Positions 12,432 through 23,500 of a stretch of 50,000 bases of DNA are shown one piece after another. The notes under the pieces were generated by a model. The model did not search any database, was not told the DNA's origin, and worked only from the letters and a program-made list of their open reading frames with translations. This DNA comes from Chiloscyllium plagiosum (taxonomy: Eukaryota). Both the position numbers and the translations under genes were made by a program. The DNA lies in contig NW_025214742.1 in NCBI RefSeq assembly GCF_004010195.1, forward strand, positions 1-50,000. The letters are read 5' to 3'. The number at the start of each line of letters is the position of its first letter. The stretch's first letter is position 1.

Positions 12432-14205
12432 TAGAGTCATAGAGTCAGAGAGATATACAGCATGGAAACAGACCCTTCGGTCCAATCCATCCATGCCGAC
12501 CAGATATCCCAACCCAATCTAGTCCCACCTGCCAGCACCTGGCTCATATCCCTCCAAACCCTTCCTATCATATACTCATCCAAATGCCTCTTAAATGTTG
12601 CAATCGTACCAGCCTCCACCACTTCCTCTGGCAGCTCATTCCATACCCGTACCATGCTCTGTGTGTAAAAGCTGCCCCTTAGGTCTCTTTTATATCTTTC
12701 CCCTCTCACCCTAAACCTATGCCCTCCAGTTCTGGACTCCCCAACCCTGGGAAAAGACTTTGCCTATTTACCCTATCCATGCCCCTCAAAATTTGTAAAC
12801 CTCTATAAGGTCACCCATCAGCCTCCGACACTCCAGGGAAAACAGTCCCAATCTATCCAGCCTCTCCCTATAGCTCAAATTCTCAACCCTGGCAACATCC
12901 TTGTAAGTATTTTCTGAACCCTTTCAAGTTTCACAACATCTTTCCGATAGGAAGGAGACCAGAATTGCACGCAATATTCCAAAAATGGCCTAACCAATGT
13001 CCTGTACATGACCTCCCAACTCCTGTACTCAATACTCTGACCAATAAAAGAAAGCATACCAAACGCCTTCTTCACTATCCTATCTACCTGCGACTCCACA
13101 TTCAAGGAGCTATGCACCTGCACTCCAAGGTCTCTTTGTTCAGCAACACTCCCTAGGACCTTACCATTAAGTGTATAAGTCCTGCTAAGATTTGCTTTCC
13201 CAAAATGCAGCACCTCGCATTTATCTGAATTAAACTCCATCTGTCTCTTCTCAGCCCATTGGCCCATCTGATCAAGATCCTGTTGTGATCTGAGGTAACC
13301 CTCTTCGCTGTCCACTACACCTCCAATTTTGGAGTCATCTGCAAACTTACTAACTGTACCTCTTATGCCCGCATCCAAATCATTTATGTAAATGACAAAA
13401 AGTAGAGGACCCAGCACCTATCCTTGTGGCACTCCAGTGGTTACAGGCCTCCAGTCTGAAAAACAACCCTCCACCACCACCCTCTGTCTTCTATCTTTGA
13501 GCCAGTTCTGTATCCAAATGGCTAGTTCTCCCTGTATTTCATGAGATCTAACCTTGCTAACCAGTCTCCCATGGGGAACCTTGTCAAACGCCTTACTGAA
13601 GTCCATATAGATCACATCTACCGGTCTGCCCTCATCAATCTTTTTTGTTACTTCTTCAATCAAGTTTGTGAGACATGATTTCCCACACACAAAGCCATGT
13701 TGACCATCCCTAATCAGTCCTTGCCTTTCAAAATACATGTACATCCTGTCCTTCAGGATTCCCTCCAACGACTTGCCCACCATCGAGGTCAGGTTCACTG
13801 GTCTATAGTTTCCTGGCTTGTCCTTACTACCCTTTTTAAACAGTGGCACCACATTTGCCAACCTCCAGTCTTCCGGCACCTCACCTGTGACTATCGATGA
13901 TACAAATATGAGCCATGTTTCTGTAGTTGCTATGATATCCCAGTCCCATGTTCCTAACCATGCCCTGAGTTCATCTGCCTTCCCTGTTAGGCCCCTTGCC
14001 TTGAAATAAATGCAGTTTAATTTATTAGTCCTACCTTGTCCCTGTCTGCCCTAACTGTTTGACTCGCTTCTGTTCTCAACTGTACCAGTCTCAGATTGAT
14101 CTCTTTCCTCACTATCTCTCTGGGTCCCACCACCTTCCCTTAAATCCTCCTGAGCATCTCTAGCAAATTTCCCTGCCAGTATATTAGTGCCCTTTCAATT
14201 TAGGT
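12432..14205 (-). mobile_element. HER1/CR1 LINE with an internal deletion, nested in the Gypsy element
   Basis: RT motifs [23 protein letters not shown] and a full 3' tail; at 13909/13910 the RT-proximal region is fused to the endonuclease N-terminus (CIYFKARGLTGKADELRAWLGTWDWDIIATTETWL). Confidence 0.93.
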
Positions 14206-15095
14206 CCTGTAATATCTCAGTTGCTGATTCTCCACTGGCTTTTTAACCACTGGTCAGCAGTTCTATTGTGATCCAGCTAAACTGTTACCAAGGACAAATT
14301 GTATTTCTGAATTCATGAGTTTCTCCTGTACTCCTATCACCACTTCTCCACTTTTCACTGGACACTTCAACCTCACTCTACAAAATGGAGCACTTTTTGT
14401 CTCTTCATGAATTCAACATACGAGAACCTTTTCTGGCAATAGTCCTTCTGAGTCACATATCTCCTCATTTCTCAACATTAAAGATTGATATAATGCCATA
14501 GCTGTTAAGCCTGTTTCTTTACCTGCTGCTTCTGGACTATGTGAGTACACCTTACTTCAGCAAGTAAATGATTTAAAAAGATCTGGCATTCCCTTCTCAA
14601 CCAAACTCTGACAAAGTTGTGCATTCTGGTGCAGCTTTTTAGCCTCCACTGTACTTTCCCTTACCACTTTAACAAAATTCACAGGTTTATTCTGTTTTCC
14701 TACATCTGCCTTCCCAGTGCTTTTTCTAATCCACCAACATTGTGACGTCATGTGGCCTACTTTATTGTAGTGAAAACATCTGAGCCTTTTAACTTCTATT
14801 TCTCCATCATGGGTTTCCTTTTTACATATGAGAAGCAATCTTTATTATCTTCAATGAGATCTACTTTTCCCTTACCACCTCAGGATTTCTGTTTTTCCCC
14901 AATTTCTCGCCCTCACGATTGAAATTGATGTCGGAAGCCTAACTTTGGTTTATGAAATAACTCATAACCATCAGCCATATCAGCTGCTAATCTTGGCGCT
15001 TTCACTCTCTGCTCTTCCACATGAGTTCTCACTACCTCAGGAAATGAATTTTTTTATTCCTCCAAAGTAATAATTTCTCTAACTGCATCATATGT

Positions 15096-17670
15096 TTGAT
15101 TTTGATAAGAGATTGCATTACAGCTATACTGAGGGAGGATATTCCCAGAAATACATCCAGGGAAGTTATTTGGGTGGAACTGAGAAATAAGAAAGGGATA
15201 ATCTCCTTATTGGGATTGTGTTATAGACCCCCTAATAGTCAGAGGGAAATTGGGAAGCAAATTTGTAAGGAGATCTCAGTTATGTGTAAGAATAATAGAG
15301 TGGTTATGGTAGGGGATTTTAACTTTCCAAACATAGACTGGGACTGCCATAGTGCTAAGGGAGAGGAGAGGAATTTGTTAAGTGTGTACAGGAAATTTTT
15401 TTGATTCAACATGTACCTATTAGAGAAGTGCAAAACTTGGCCTACTCTTGGGAAATAAGGCAGGGCAGGTGACTGAGGTGTCAGTGGGGGAGCACTTTGG
15501 GGCCATAATTCTATTAGTTTTAAAATAGTGATGGAAAAGGTTAGACCAGATCTAAAAGTTGAAGTTCTAAATTGGAGGAAGGCTAATTTTGATGGTATTC
15601 GGCAAGAACTTTCAAAAGCTGATTGGGGGCAGATGTTCAAAGGTAAAGGGACGACTGGAAAATGGGAAGCCTCAGAATTGAGATAATGAGGAGTCCAGAG
15701 ACAGTATATTGCAGTCAGGGTGAAAGGAAAGGCTGGTATGTACAGAGAATGCTACATGACTAAAGAAATTGAGGGTTTGGTTAAGAAAAAGAAGGAAGCA
15801 TATGTCAGGTATAGACAGGATAGATCGAATGAATCCTTAGAGTATAAAGGCAGTAAGAGTATGTTTAAGAGGGAAATCAGAAGGGCAAAAAGGGGACATG
15901 AGATAGCTTTGGCAAATAGGGTTAAGGCGAATCCAAAGGATTTTTGCAAAAAGTTTAAGGACAAAAGGGTAACTAGGGAGAGAATAGGGCCCCTCAAAGA
16001 TCAGGAAGGCGGCCTTTGTGTGGAGCCGCAGGAGAAGAGGGAGATACTAAACGAGTATTTTGCATCAGTGTTTACTGTGGAGAAGGACATGGAAGATATA
16101 GAATGTAGGGAAATAGATGGTGACATTTTGAAAAATGTCCATATTACAGAGAAGGAAGTGCTGGATGTCTTGAAACACATAAAAGTGGATAAATCCCCAG
16201 GACCTGATCAGGTATTAAATCCCCACATCCTGATCAGGTATATCCTAGAACTCTGTGGGAAGCTAGGGAAGTGATTGCTGGGCCCCTTGCTGAGATATTT
16301 GTATAATTGATAGTCACAGGTTAGTGCTGGAAGACTGGAGGTTGGCTAACGTGGTGTCCCTATTGAAGAAAGGTTGGGGACTATAGACCAGCAATCCTAA
16401 TATTGGTGGTAGGTACATTTTTGGAGGGAATCCTGAGGGACAGGATGTACATGTATTTGGAAAGGCAAGGACTGATTAGGGACAGTCAACATGGCTTTGT
16501 ACATGGGAAATCATGTCTCACAAACTTGATTGAGTTTTTTGAAGAAGTAACAAAGAAGATTGATGAGGGCAGAGGCAGTAGATGTGATCTATATGGACTT
16601 CAGTAAGGCGTTTGACAAGGTTCCCCATGGGAGACTGGTTAGCAAGGTTAGATCTCATGGAATACAGGGAGAACTAGCCATTTGGATACAGAACTGCTCG
16701 AGGGTAGTGGTGGAGGGTTGTTTTTCAGACTGGAGGCCTGTGACCAGTGGAGTGCCACAAGGATCAGTGCTGGGTCCACTACATTTCATCATTTATATAA
16801 ATGATTTGGATGTGAGCATAAGAGTTTGTAAGTTTGCAGAGGTGTAGTGGACAGTGAAGAAGGTTACCTCCGATTACAACAGGAACTTGATCAAATGGGC
16901 CAATAGGCTGAGGGGTGGCAGATGGAGTTTAATTTAGATAAATGTGAGGTGCTGCATTTTGGGAAAGCAAATCTTAGCAGAACTTACACACTTAATGGTA
17001 AGGTCCTAGGGAATGTTTCTGAACAAAGAGACCTTGGACTGCAGGTGCATAGCTCCTTGAAAGTGGAGTTGCAGGTAGATACAATAGTGAAGGTGGTGTT
17101 TGGTATGCTTTCCTTTATTGGTTAGAGTATTGAGTACAGGAATTGGGAGATCATGTTGCGGCTGTACAGGACATAGGTTAGGCCACTTTTGGAATATTGT
17201 GTGTAATTCTGGTCTCCTTCCTATGGAAGGATGTACTGAAACATGAAAGGGTTCAGAAAAGATTTACAAAGATGTTGCCAGGGTTGAAGGATTTGAGCTA
17301 TAGGGAGAGGTTGAATAGGCTAGAGCTATTTTTCCTGGAGCATCGGAGGCTGCGGGGTGACCTTATAGAGGTTTATAAAATCATGAGGGGCATGGATAGG
17401 ATAAATAGACAAAGTCTCTTCCCTGGGGTGGGGGAGTCCAGAACTAGAGGGCATAGGTTTGGGGTGAGAGGAGAAAGATATACAAAAGACCTAAGGGCAA
17501 CTTTTTCATGCAGAGGGTAGTGTGTTTATGGAATGAGCTGCCAGAGGAAGTGGTGGAAGCTAGTAAAATTGCAACATTTAAAAGGCATCTGGATTGATAT
17601 ATGAATAGGAAGGGTTTGGAGGCCTATGGGCCAGGGGCTGGCAGTTTGGACTAGATTGGGTTGGGATATC
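15096..17670 (+). mobile_element. HER1/CR1 LINE, most of ORF2 (endonuclease plus RT), pseudogenised
   Basis: [55 protein letters not shown]; many stops and frameshifts; tail cut off at 17670. Confidence 0.95.
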
Positions 17671-17830
17671 TTAGCGAGTTCTGAGAAGATTTGTAGCTCA
17701 GGTTGAGGCTCTGGATGTAAGTTTGCTCGCTGAGCTGCAAGGTTCATTTCCAAACGTTTCGTCACCCTACTAGGTAACATCTTCAGTGGGCTTCCGGGCG
17801 AAGCACTGCTGGTAAATCCTTGTTTCTATT
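17671..17830 (-). mobile_element. Terminal fragment of a probable Penelope-like element (family C)
   Basis: CpG-retaining 160-bp segment between the LINE and the DNA-transposon end; carries a complete hammerhead motif. Confidence 0.65.
17750..17789 (-). ncRNA. Minimal type I hammerhead ribozyme, all core nucleotides present
   Basis: Minus strand CCA-CTGAAGA-T-GTTACC-TAGTAG-GGTGAC-GAAA-CG-TT-TGG: stem I CCA/TGG, 6-bp stem II, palindromic ACGT stem III, GUU cleavage triplet. Confidence 0.8.
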
Positions 17831-18085
17831 TACAGAGGAACCTCAATTATCTGAATGAGATGGGCAGGCACTATTTCGTTCAGATAATCAATTATTCAGT
17901 TAATCAATTAAATGCCTTTCCTCTGAGGTTTGGAGTTTTTAAAGTATGCTCCCTGTTCAGGAGACTGCAGCTGCACACAACACGTGAGCCCCCGCCCCCA
18001 ATTCCGCCCAATACTGCCCCCAGCCCCATCCAACCCCGCCCCTGTCCAACTCCACCCTCCGCCCCCCAACCCCACTCCCCGCACC
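17831..18085 (+). mobile_element. Left end of a Tigger/pogo-like non-autonomous DNA transposon
   Basis: TA followed by CAGAGGAACCTCAATTATCTGAA, with inverted subterminal echoes (TTCAGATAATCAA, TTCAGTTAATCAA); right end not found. Confidence 0.55.
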
Positions 18086-18565
18086 TATCTGATCAAGATC
18101 TTGTTGTAATCTGAGGTAACCTTCTTCGCTGTCCACTACACCTTTTGGTGTCATCTGCAAATTTATTAACCATACCCCCTATGTTCACATCTAAATCATT
18201 TATATAAATGACAAACAGCAGGGGACCCAGCACCGATTCTTGTGACACACTGCAGATCACAGGTCTGCAGCCTGAAAAGCAACCCTCACCATCACCTTCT
18301 GTCTTCTACTTTGAGAAGTTCTACATCCAAATGACTAGTTCTCCCTGTATTCCATGTGATCTAACCATGCTAACCAGTCTCCCATGAGGAAGTGGTGGGT
18401 GCACATACAGCTTACAGTATTTAAAAGACATTTGGACAGTCATATGAACAGGAAAGGTTGAGAGGGATATGGGCCAAATGCAGGCAAATGCAACTTGTTG
18501 AATCTGGGAAAACTGGTCGGCATAGACCAATTGAACTGAAGGGCTTGTTTCTTGTGCTGTGTGAC
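18086..18565. mobile_element. CR1 RT fragment (minus, 18086-18387) abutting a CR1 3' end (plus, 18388-18565)
   Basis: Minus [35 protein letters not shown]; plus-strand tail GAACTGAAGGGCTTGTTTCTTGTGCTGT. Confidence 0.85.
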
Positions 18566-19416
18566 TTTGTGTTGTACAATAATGTTGGCTGTACGTACCT
18601 CCATCTTTTTGTACTTGTACCCAGGAGATCAGCAGACTACCAATGTTGCCGTCCCTCCCCATTGATAACTATCCGAACTAAAAAAAATCCAAATTTGCGT
18701 TAGGGAACATTGAATGTTTGAAACAGAATAAACTTAGAAAATGTACTGTGTCCGTCGGTAAGATAGTCTTTTCTCTGCGATTTGCTGCGAATTTCCAGTA
18801 TTCTCTGGTTTTAGTTTTGAAGTACAGTAATTTCACTTCCTCAAAAGATACGTAAGTGGAAAAAGTACAGTAGTTCTTGTTTAATTGTTCTGGAATTGTG
18901 GCTAAATAACCACGAAATCTTACATTTTGATAGATTTTCCTAAACACATTGTGTATTTTATACTGATATGAGTGAAACAGTATTTCCACTTTTATTGATC
19001 GGCTTTGATGTTAAACACGTTTCACTTCGGTGCATAGAGATAGGTAAAACTTCGTATAACTATTTATTTCACCTTAGGCACAATATGCACACACGGATTT
19101 AAAATGCACAGTACAGACCTAAACAGTTATAAAATAACAGTGTAAACTAAATGAAATTAAAAAGTCTAGTTGCCGTTTAATACACATTGCCTCACATGGG
19201 GCCCTGCTGTTCTATGGTGCAAGCAGCACCATTGCGCAATTTCAGGGACGTCATTTAAAAGGGGACTTTTTGCCGAGAATGTTTTCCAGTTCCTCAGGAA
19301 GGTTCTGAGACCAACTGCGGAGGCGGGCCAGACATTGTGATGGATTGTATTTCGTGTGAATGTTTGTGAAAAAGCTCTTTGAATAAATATTGATGTCAGC
19401 TTCAAATTCGAACAAT

Positions 19417-19442
19417 TGTGTGTGTATATATATATATATATA
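19417..19442. repeat. (TG)n(TA)n microsatellite
   Basis: TGTGTGTGTATATATATATATATATA. Confidence 0.9.
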
Positions 19443-19919
19443 CTTTAACCCTGAATGAAGTGCCTTTACTCTGTTGATTTTAGGGTTTTTTTCGATATAG
19501 AGTTTTAAAAGTAGAAATATTTTCTAATCGTATTTCGATTAAATACGTGACCAATTCTAAACTTATTTTCAAAAATGCTTATATCCAGTGATTTCAGTAT
19601 AAATACGGTGCAAGTATCAAACTTCCTGGAGGAGGGATTTAAGCCATATTATGGAGGCTGATCGTGTTCATGGTCAATTCGTCTTTTAAGTGTCAATATA
19701 CCTTCTTTATCCTTTAAGTCTATAATAACCTATATTCTTTTTTAAATACATGTAAATATTTAGATGTATACAGGGAGGATATGCTCCTATGACAATATTT
19801 TTTGAAATAAACTGCACTCATTTACACGGCACTGCTGATCCTGGGATTATGAAGTCTCTTTACATTGGAGATCAATGAAAAGGTCAGACATTCCTATTAG
19901 TGCAATGTATGACACTCAG

Positions 19920-20380
19920 TGTGCGGGTCTGCACCGCTCCTTTACCGACAATCAAATTATATCTGGCCCATCATGTTCGGCAGACCGGACCGAAGATGAC
20001 GATAGGGCGGGGTGTGACGGCATGATGATTGACAGCACGAGAGCGAATCGTATCGGTGGGGGCGGGACGTGTAGTTTGATTGACAGGGTTGCGCGGCCAG
20101 TTGAGTGGTCCGGGTGGTTGTGGGCGGGGCTCGAGCCGTGTCTCGCGCTGCTCTGGCCAGCGTGCGTCACAAGAGCTGGAAGAGTCAGTGTGGTTGCGCG
20201 TGATCGAAGGGCGATAGGTAGTGGTGATGGAGATCGAGGCGCCACTGGCACAGCAGCAGGTACAGATAACAGTAGTAACTACCTCTCTCTGTCTCTCAGC
20301 GACAGTTTCGGTGCAGAGAGCAGGGTAAGGTTTCGGTGCAATTAGATCGCAGGCGACCCGGGGTAGGGGGGTAGGGAAAA
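19920..20380 (+). promoter_or_regulatory. CpG-island promoter of an unidentified gene
   Basis: Dense CpG in a CpG-depleted window; GC boxes at 20005-20012, 20059-20068 and 20121-20130; TGATTGACAG at 20026-20035 and 20077-20086; splice donor at 20325. Confidence 0.85.
20185..20324 (+). other. Probable first exon (start approximate)
   Basis: Lies just downstream of the GC boxes, Inr-like TCAGT near 20185, ends at donor AGG|GTAAGG; ATG at 20227 in good Kozak context, open to the donor. Confidence 0.6.
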
Positions 20381-23352
20381 CATTTAGCAAAGGGAGGCAA
20401 ACTAGTTCAACTTTCAAGATAGTTCTATCTGAGCGTGTGACACGAAAACGTTTTCAATGTGCTGAAGAATTATTTACGTATAAATGTGCAGGTTCTTATG
20501 GTTAAAGTAAATTGGGGTGACTACTTTAAGATCGGGTCATTTGTCCATCAGCTCCCTTTCCCTTTTACCCCGCAGTCTTAATGCTCATCTTTGGATTGGA
20601 TTTCCTCATCCGTCTACTCCCACGACATATTTTCGAAGCTTCTGATGATATGAAGCGCAAACGTTGAAACCTGGGCGTTCGCCAAAAGCGTTATTTCAGA
20701 TTCTGCGTCAAACTTATTGCACAGTGCCAAGTCATTCTATTGTACTGAATAGTACTTGAAGGAAGGGTCTGAAAAAAAGGTTGGCCACAGGGAGGTTTGT
20801 CTGTTATCTTGCTGCTCCCCATAACGATAACTTTCGTGCGTGAGCCAGTGCAATGTTTCCCAATCTTTTTGATTTTTCTCAAAAGCTGTTGAGGTCGGTT
20901 GTCGTCTGACCCCTTGAGTTTTCCAGCTGATACTGGGGTGTGATCTTGTCCCCACCCACCAGCCTTTACAGTAACTGAATGGCAGGTGAAAGACAAGCTG
21001 GTCCTATAGGGTTTGGCTCTGTTTATCGGACGTTCAGCAAACATGGGGATTAGGGGAAAAAAATCTATAGTTTCTTCTCTAAACTTTAAACTCTTGCTTT
21101 TCCTCACTAACCTGCCAAATCGATTGTTCCTCCTTTATTTGTCCTGATATTTCAATTCGGTGTATTGTCACGTGCCTTCCATTCGTGTTTGGCTGGATTC
21201 CTGACCTTTAGTACGAGTTACAGCGATTGTAGAACAGCATTTTTCTTCTGGTAGTAAATGATTAATAGGTGGTTTGACTGCTTTGCGTGATGTTGTGAAA
21301 TATTTACTGTACGGTGAAGGTCATTAGCTGCAGAAAGAATCTCAATTGTTGCAGCACATGTCGTTTCTTCTCCCTCCGTTTGTTCCGGCTGGATCGACAG
21401 ATTTCGGATCAAATTCTGGTCAGATTAATAACAATCAATTTCCTGACTGTGTTGTATATAGTTAAAGGATGAAAATGGACAAAAACAGATATGTGAACAA
21501 TAAAAAAATTAAAGAACAGTGAGCTCTGATAAGGAAATATTTTAATTTCTATTTCTCTGAAATCTGCAACCATCCTCATTTTATCATTTGAAAGGTTCAC
21601 AGCTGTGTCAAGCTGTTGCGTCTGGGTGCCTTTGCTAAGTTTTTACTTAAAATCTAATTGCCTTTTGCATAGCTATTGTTTCATACTTTAATTGTTATTT
21701 TAAATGTTTAGTTTCCTCCTCTAAGGACGTGTTTTCTTTAAATCCTGTATTCAAATTGGGGCGCATTAAGAACATTACAAAAAATCTCAGTTTACTAGAG
21801 TCATCTTAAAAAAAAACTGTGCCTAGTTGTGTCAAAAGTTCCTTTGTCCACTTGTGCATCACTAACAGTTGACATTTTTATATAGCATCTTTTGGGGTAA
21901 AATATCTTTGGGTGATTCATAGGAGCATTATCAAACAACACTAAACCATGTGCGATATTCAGGCATATGACTGCCTGGTCAAAAATGTAGATTTCAAGTC
22001 TTTCTTTGAGGAAGCAGAGATTTGTGGAATAAGAGTTTACTTTGTTGCTTCACATGTGCAAAAGACCAGCTTGCATGTTTTACGTAGTGCACTAGTTTTA
22101 GCCATGATGGCTGCCAGCTAAATAATTGTAGTCTGTGACTGGAGCCTGGCAGTTAAGGCAATGAAAAGGCAAAAGCAATAGTCTGCTTGGAAATGGAAAG
22201 AGAGTTGGAGGTAAATCTGGATTTGTTGACTTGAGTACCTATTTGTATTTGTTGCCAGTGGATTGATAGTGTCTATTAGAGTTCCTTAACTTTATACACG
22301 AGCTTTCAAAATTGTAGTAACTTTTTTCTTTTTGGCTGAGAAACCACAATCTTAACAACACATAGTCACTCATTAGTTCATCTTATCATTGTAAGAATCT
22401 GCATCTGAGTGAATCTCTGCAAATCCGTTCATAATTCCAATCATAAGCCAATCACATTTTTGAACTAGCAGCAGGATAGTTGATGCAGCTGCCTTTAAAG
22501 CTGATGCAAATGAATGGTTGGATCAACACTAAGACCATTCCCATATCAATGAATTCTGGAGTTAGCCAAGGATTTATCCCCTCAACTCTCTTTGAGGTAG
22601 ATGCTGCATTTGCTGACATATGTTGTAAACATATTCCAAATGTATCATGACACCTGGCTTTACCTTCCCACCAACTCTCTTCACTTAACCACTATCTTTA
22701 CATATTGTCTGATTTATTTATCTGACATGCTCACAAATTAAAATTTGGAAAGAACAAAGCTATTGCATTTGCACCTAGCTACCAACTTCATTCCATTCTG
22801 ACAGCTAGCTCTGTCTGAATCAGAATTTGCCAGTATTCCACTTGACCCTGACATGGATAATAAATCTCTCATACTTGCTATCACACAGACTACCTGCTTA
22901 TAATGTCCCACTGCTGCTGAAATCCTAATCCTTTGTTATTTTCAGAATTGATTATTCGAGTACCTGCCACCTGATGAGCACAAGAAGTGGTGACTAAATG
23001 ATTGGTCAAAAAGCTGGTTTTAAGGAACCTGAGAAAGGACCGGTTTGAAGAGGGAACTGGAGCAATAGCTTCCACACAGTTAAAGGGATGTTTCCCATTT
23101 TACACTTCCACTAGTGGGATAATGCACAAGAAGCCTAGGTGAGAACATTGTAATGTTTTTAGGGAGCTGAAAGATTTCATAATACTGTGAAAGGGATAAG
23201 TCAAAGGGCTTTTAAGCACAAGGATAACTATTTGAAATTTGAGCTGTGCAGAACCATGATCCAATATAGGGAAATGAGCCTAGAGATAATTGAGCAGACA
23301 TTGGGTTGAAATGAACTGTAGAGTTTTGGTTCAACTGACATTTGTGGGAAAT

Positions 23353-23500
23353 GGCAGCATCTGAGGACCAGGAGAATTGACATTTCTCATCAGGATGAAG
23401 GGCTTCTGTCCAAAATGCAATTCTCCTGCCCCTCGCATGCTGCCTAACCTGCACCGTGCTCTCTACTCTGATCTCCAGTATCTGCAGTCCTCACTTTTTC
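23353..23500. mobile_element. Fold-back fragment of the Penelope family B terminal repeat
   Basis: Arms 23353-23385 and 23412-23444 are imperfect reverse complements around ATGAAGGGCTTCTGTCCAAAA. Confidence 0.75.

Larger units (their letters stand above)
10375..15095 (-). mobile_element. Decayed Gmr1-like Ty3/Gypsy LTR retrotransposon, 5' part missing, interrupted by a LINE
   Basis: Minus-strand order: SCAN-like Gag (15095-14950), zinc knuckle CFHYNKVGHMTSQC (~14780-14735), integrase core YHPESQRALESWHRTLK (~12400-12350) and C-terminus ARFNGPYQI..HVNMLKWY, RNase H PIGYFTRKLNIHQEKYSRIEKE (11475-11266), PPT, LTR. Confidence 0.88.

Noticed and set aside
16190..16240. Direct repeat AAATCCCCA...CCTGATCAGGTA
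   Set aside because: Local tandem duplication inside a dead LINE; similar trivial duplications occur at ~5916-5940 and ~8633-8660.
15096..17670. Potentially active LINE
   Set aside because: Multiple stops and frameshifts, 5' truncation and missing tail; no element in the window looks autonomous.
19875..20417. Overlapping 156, 99 and 148 aa ORFs
   Set aside because: Expected by-product of GC-rich promoter sequence; they run through promoter motifs and resemble no known protein.
20642..20685. CTGATGA...GAAA as a hammerhead or C/D snoRNA
   Set aside because: No stem II pairing between the boxes, and no convincing D box with terminal stem.
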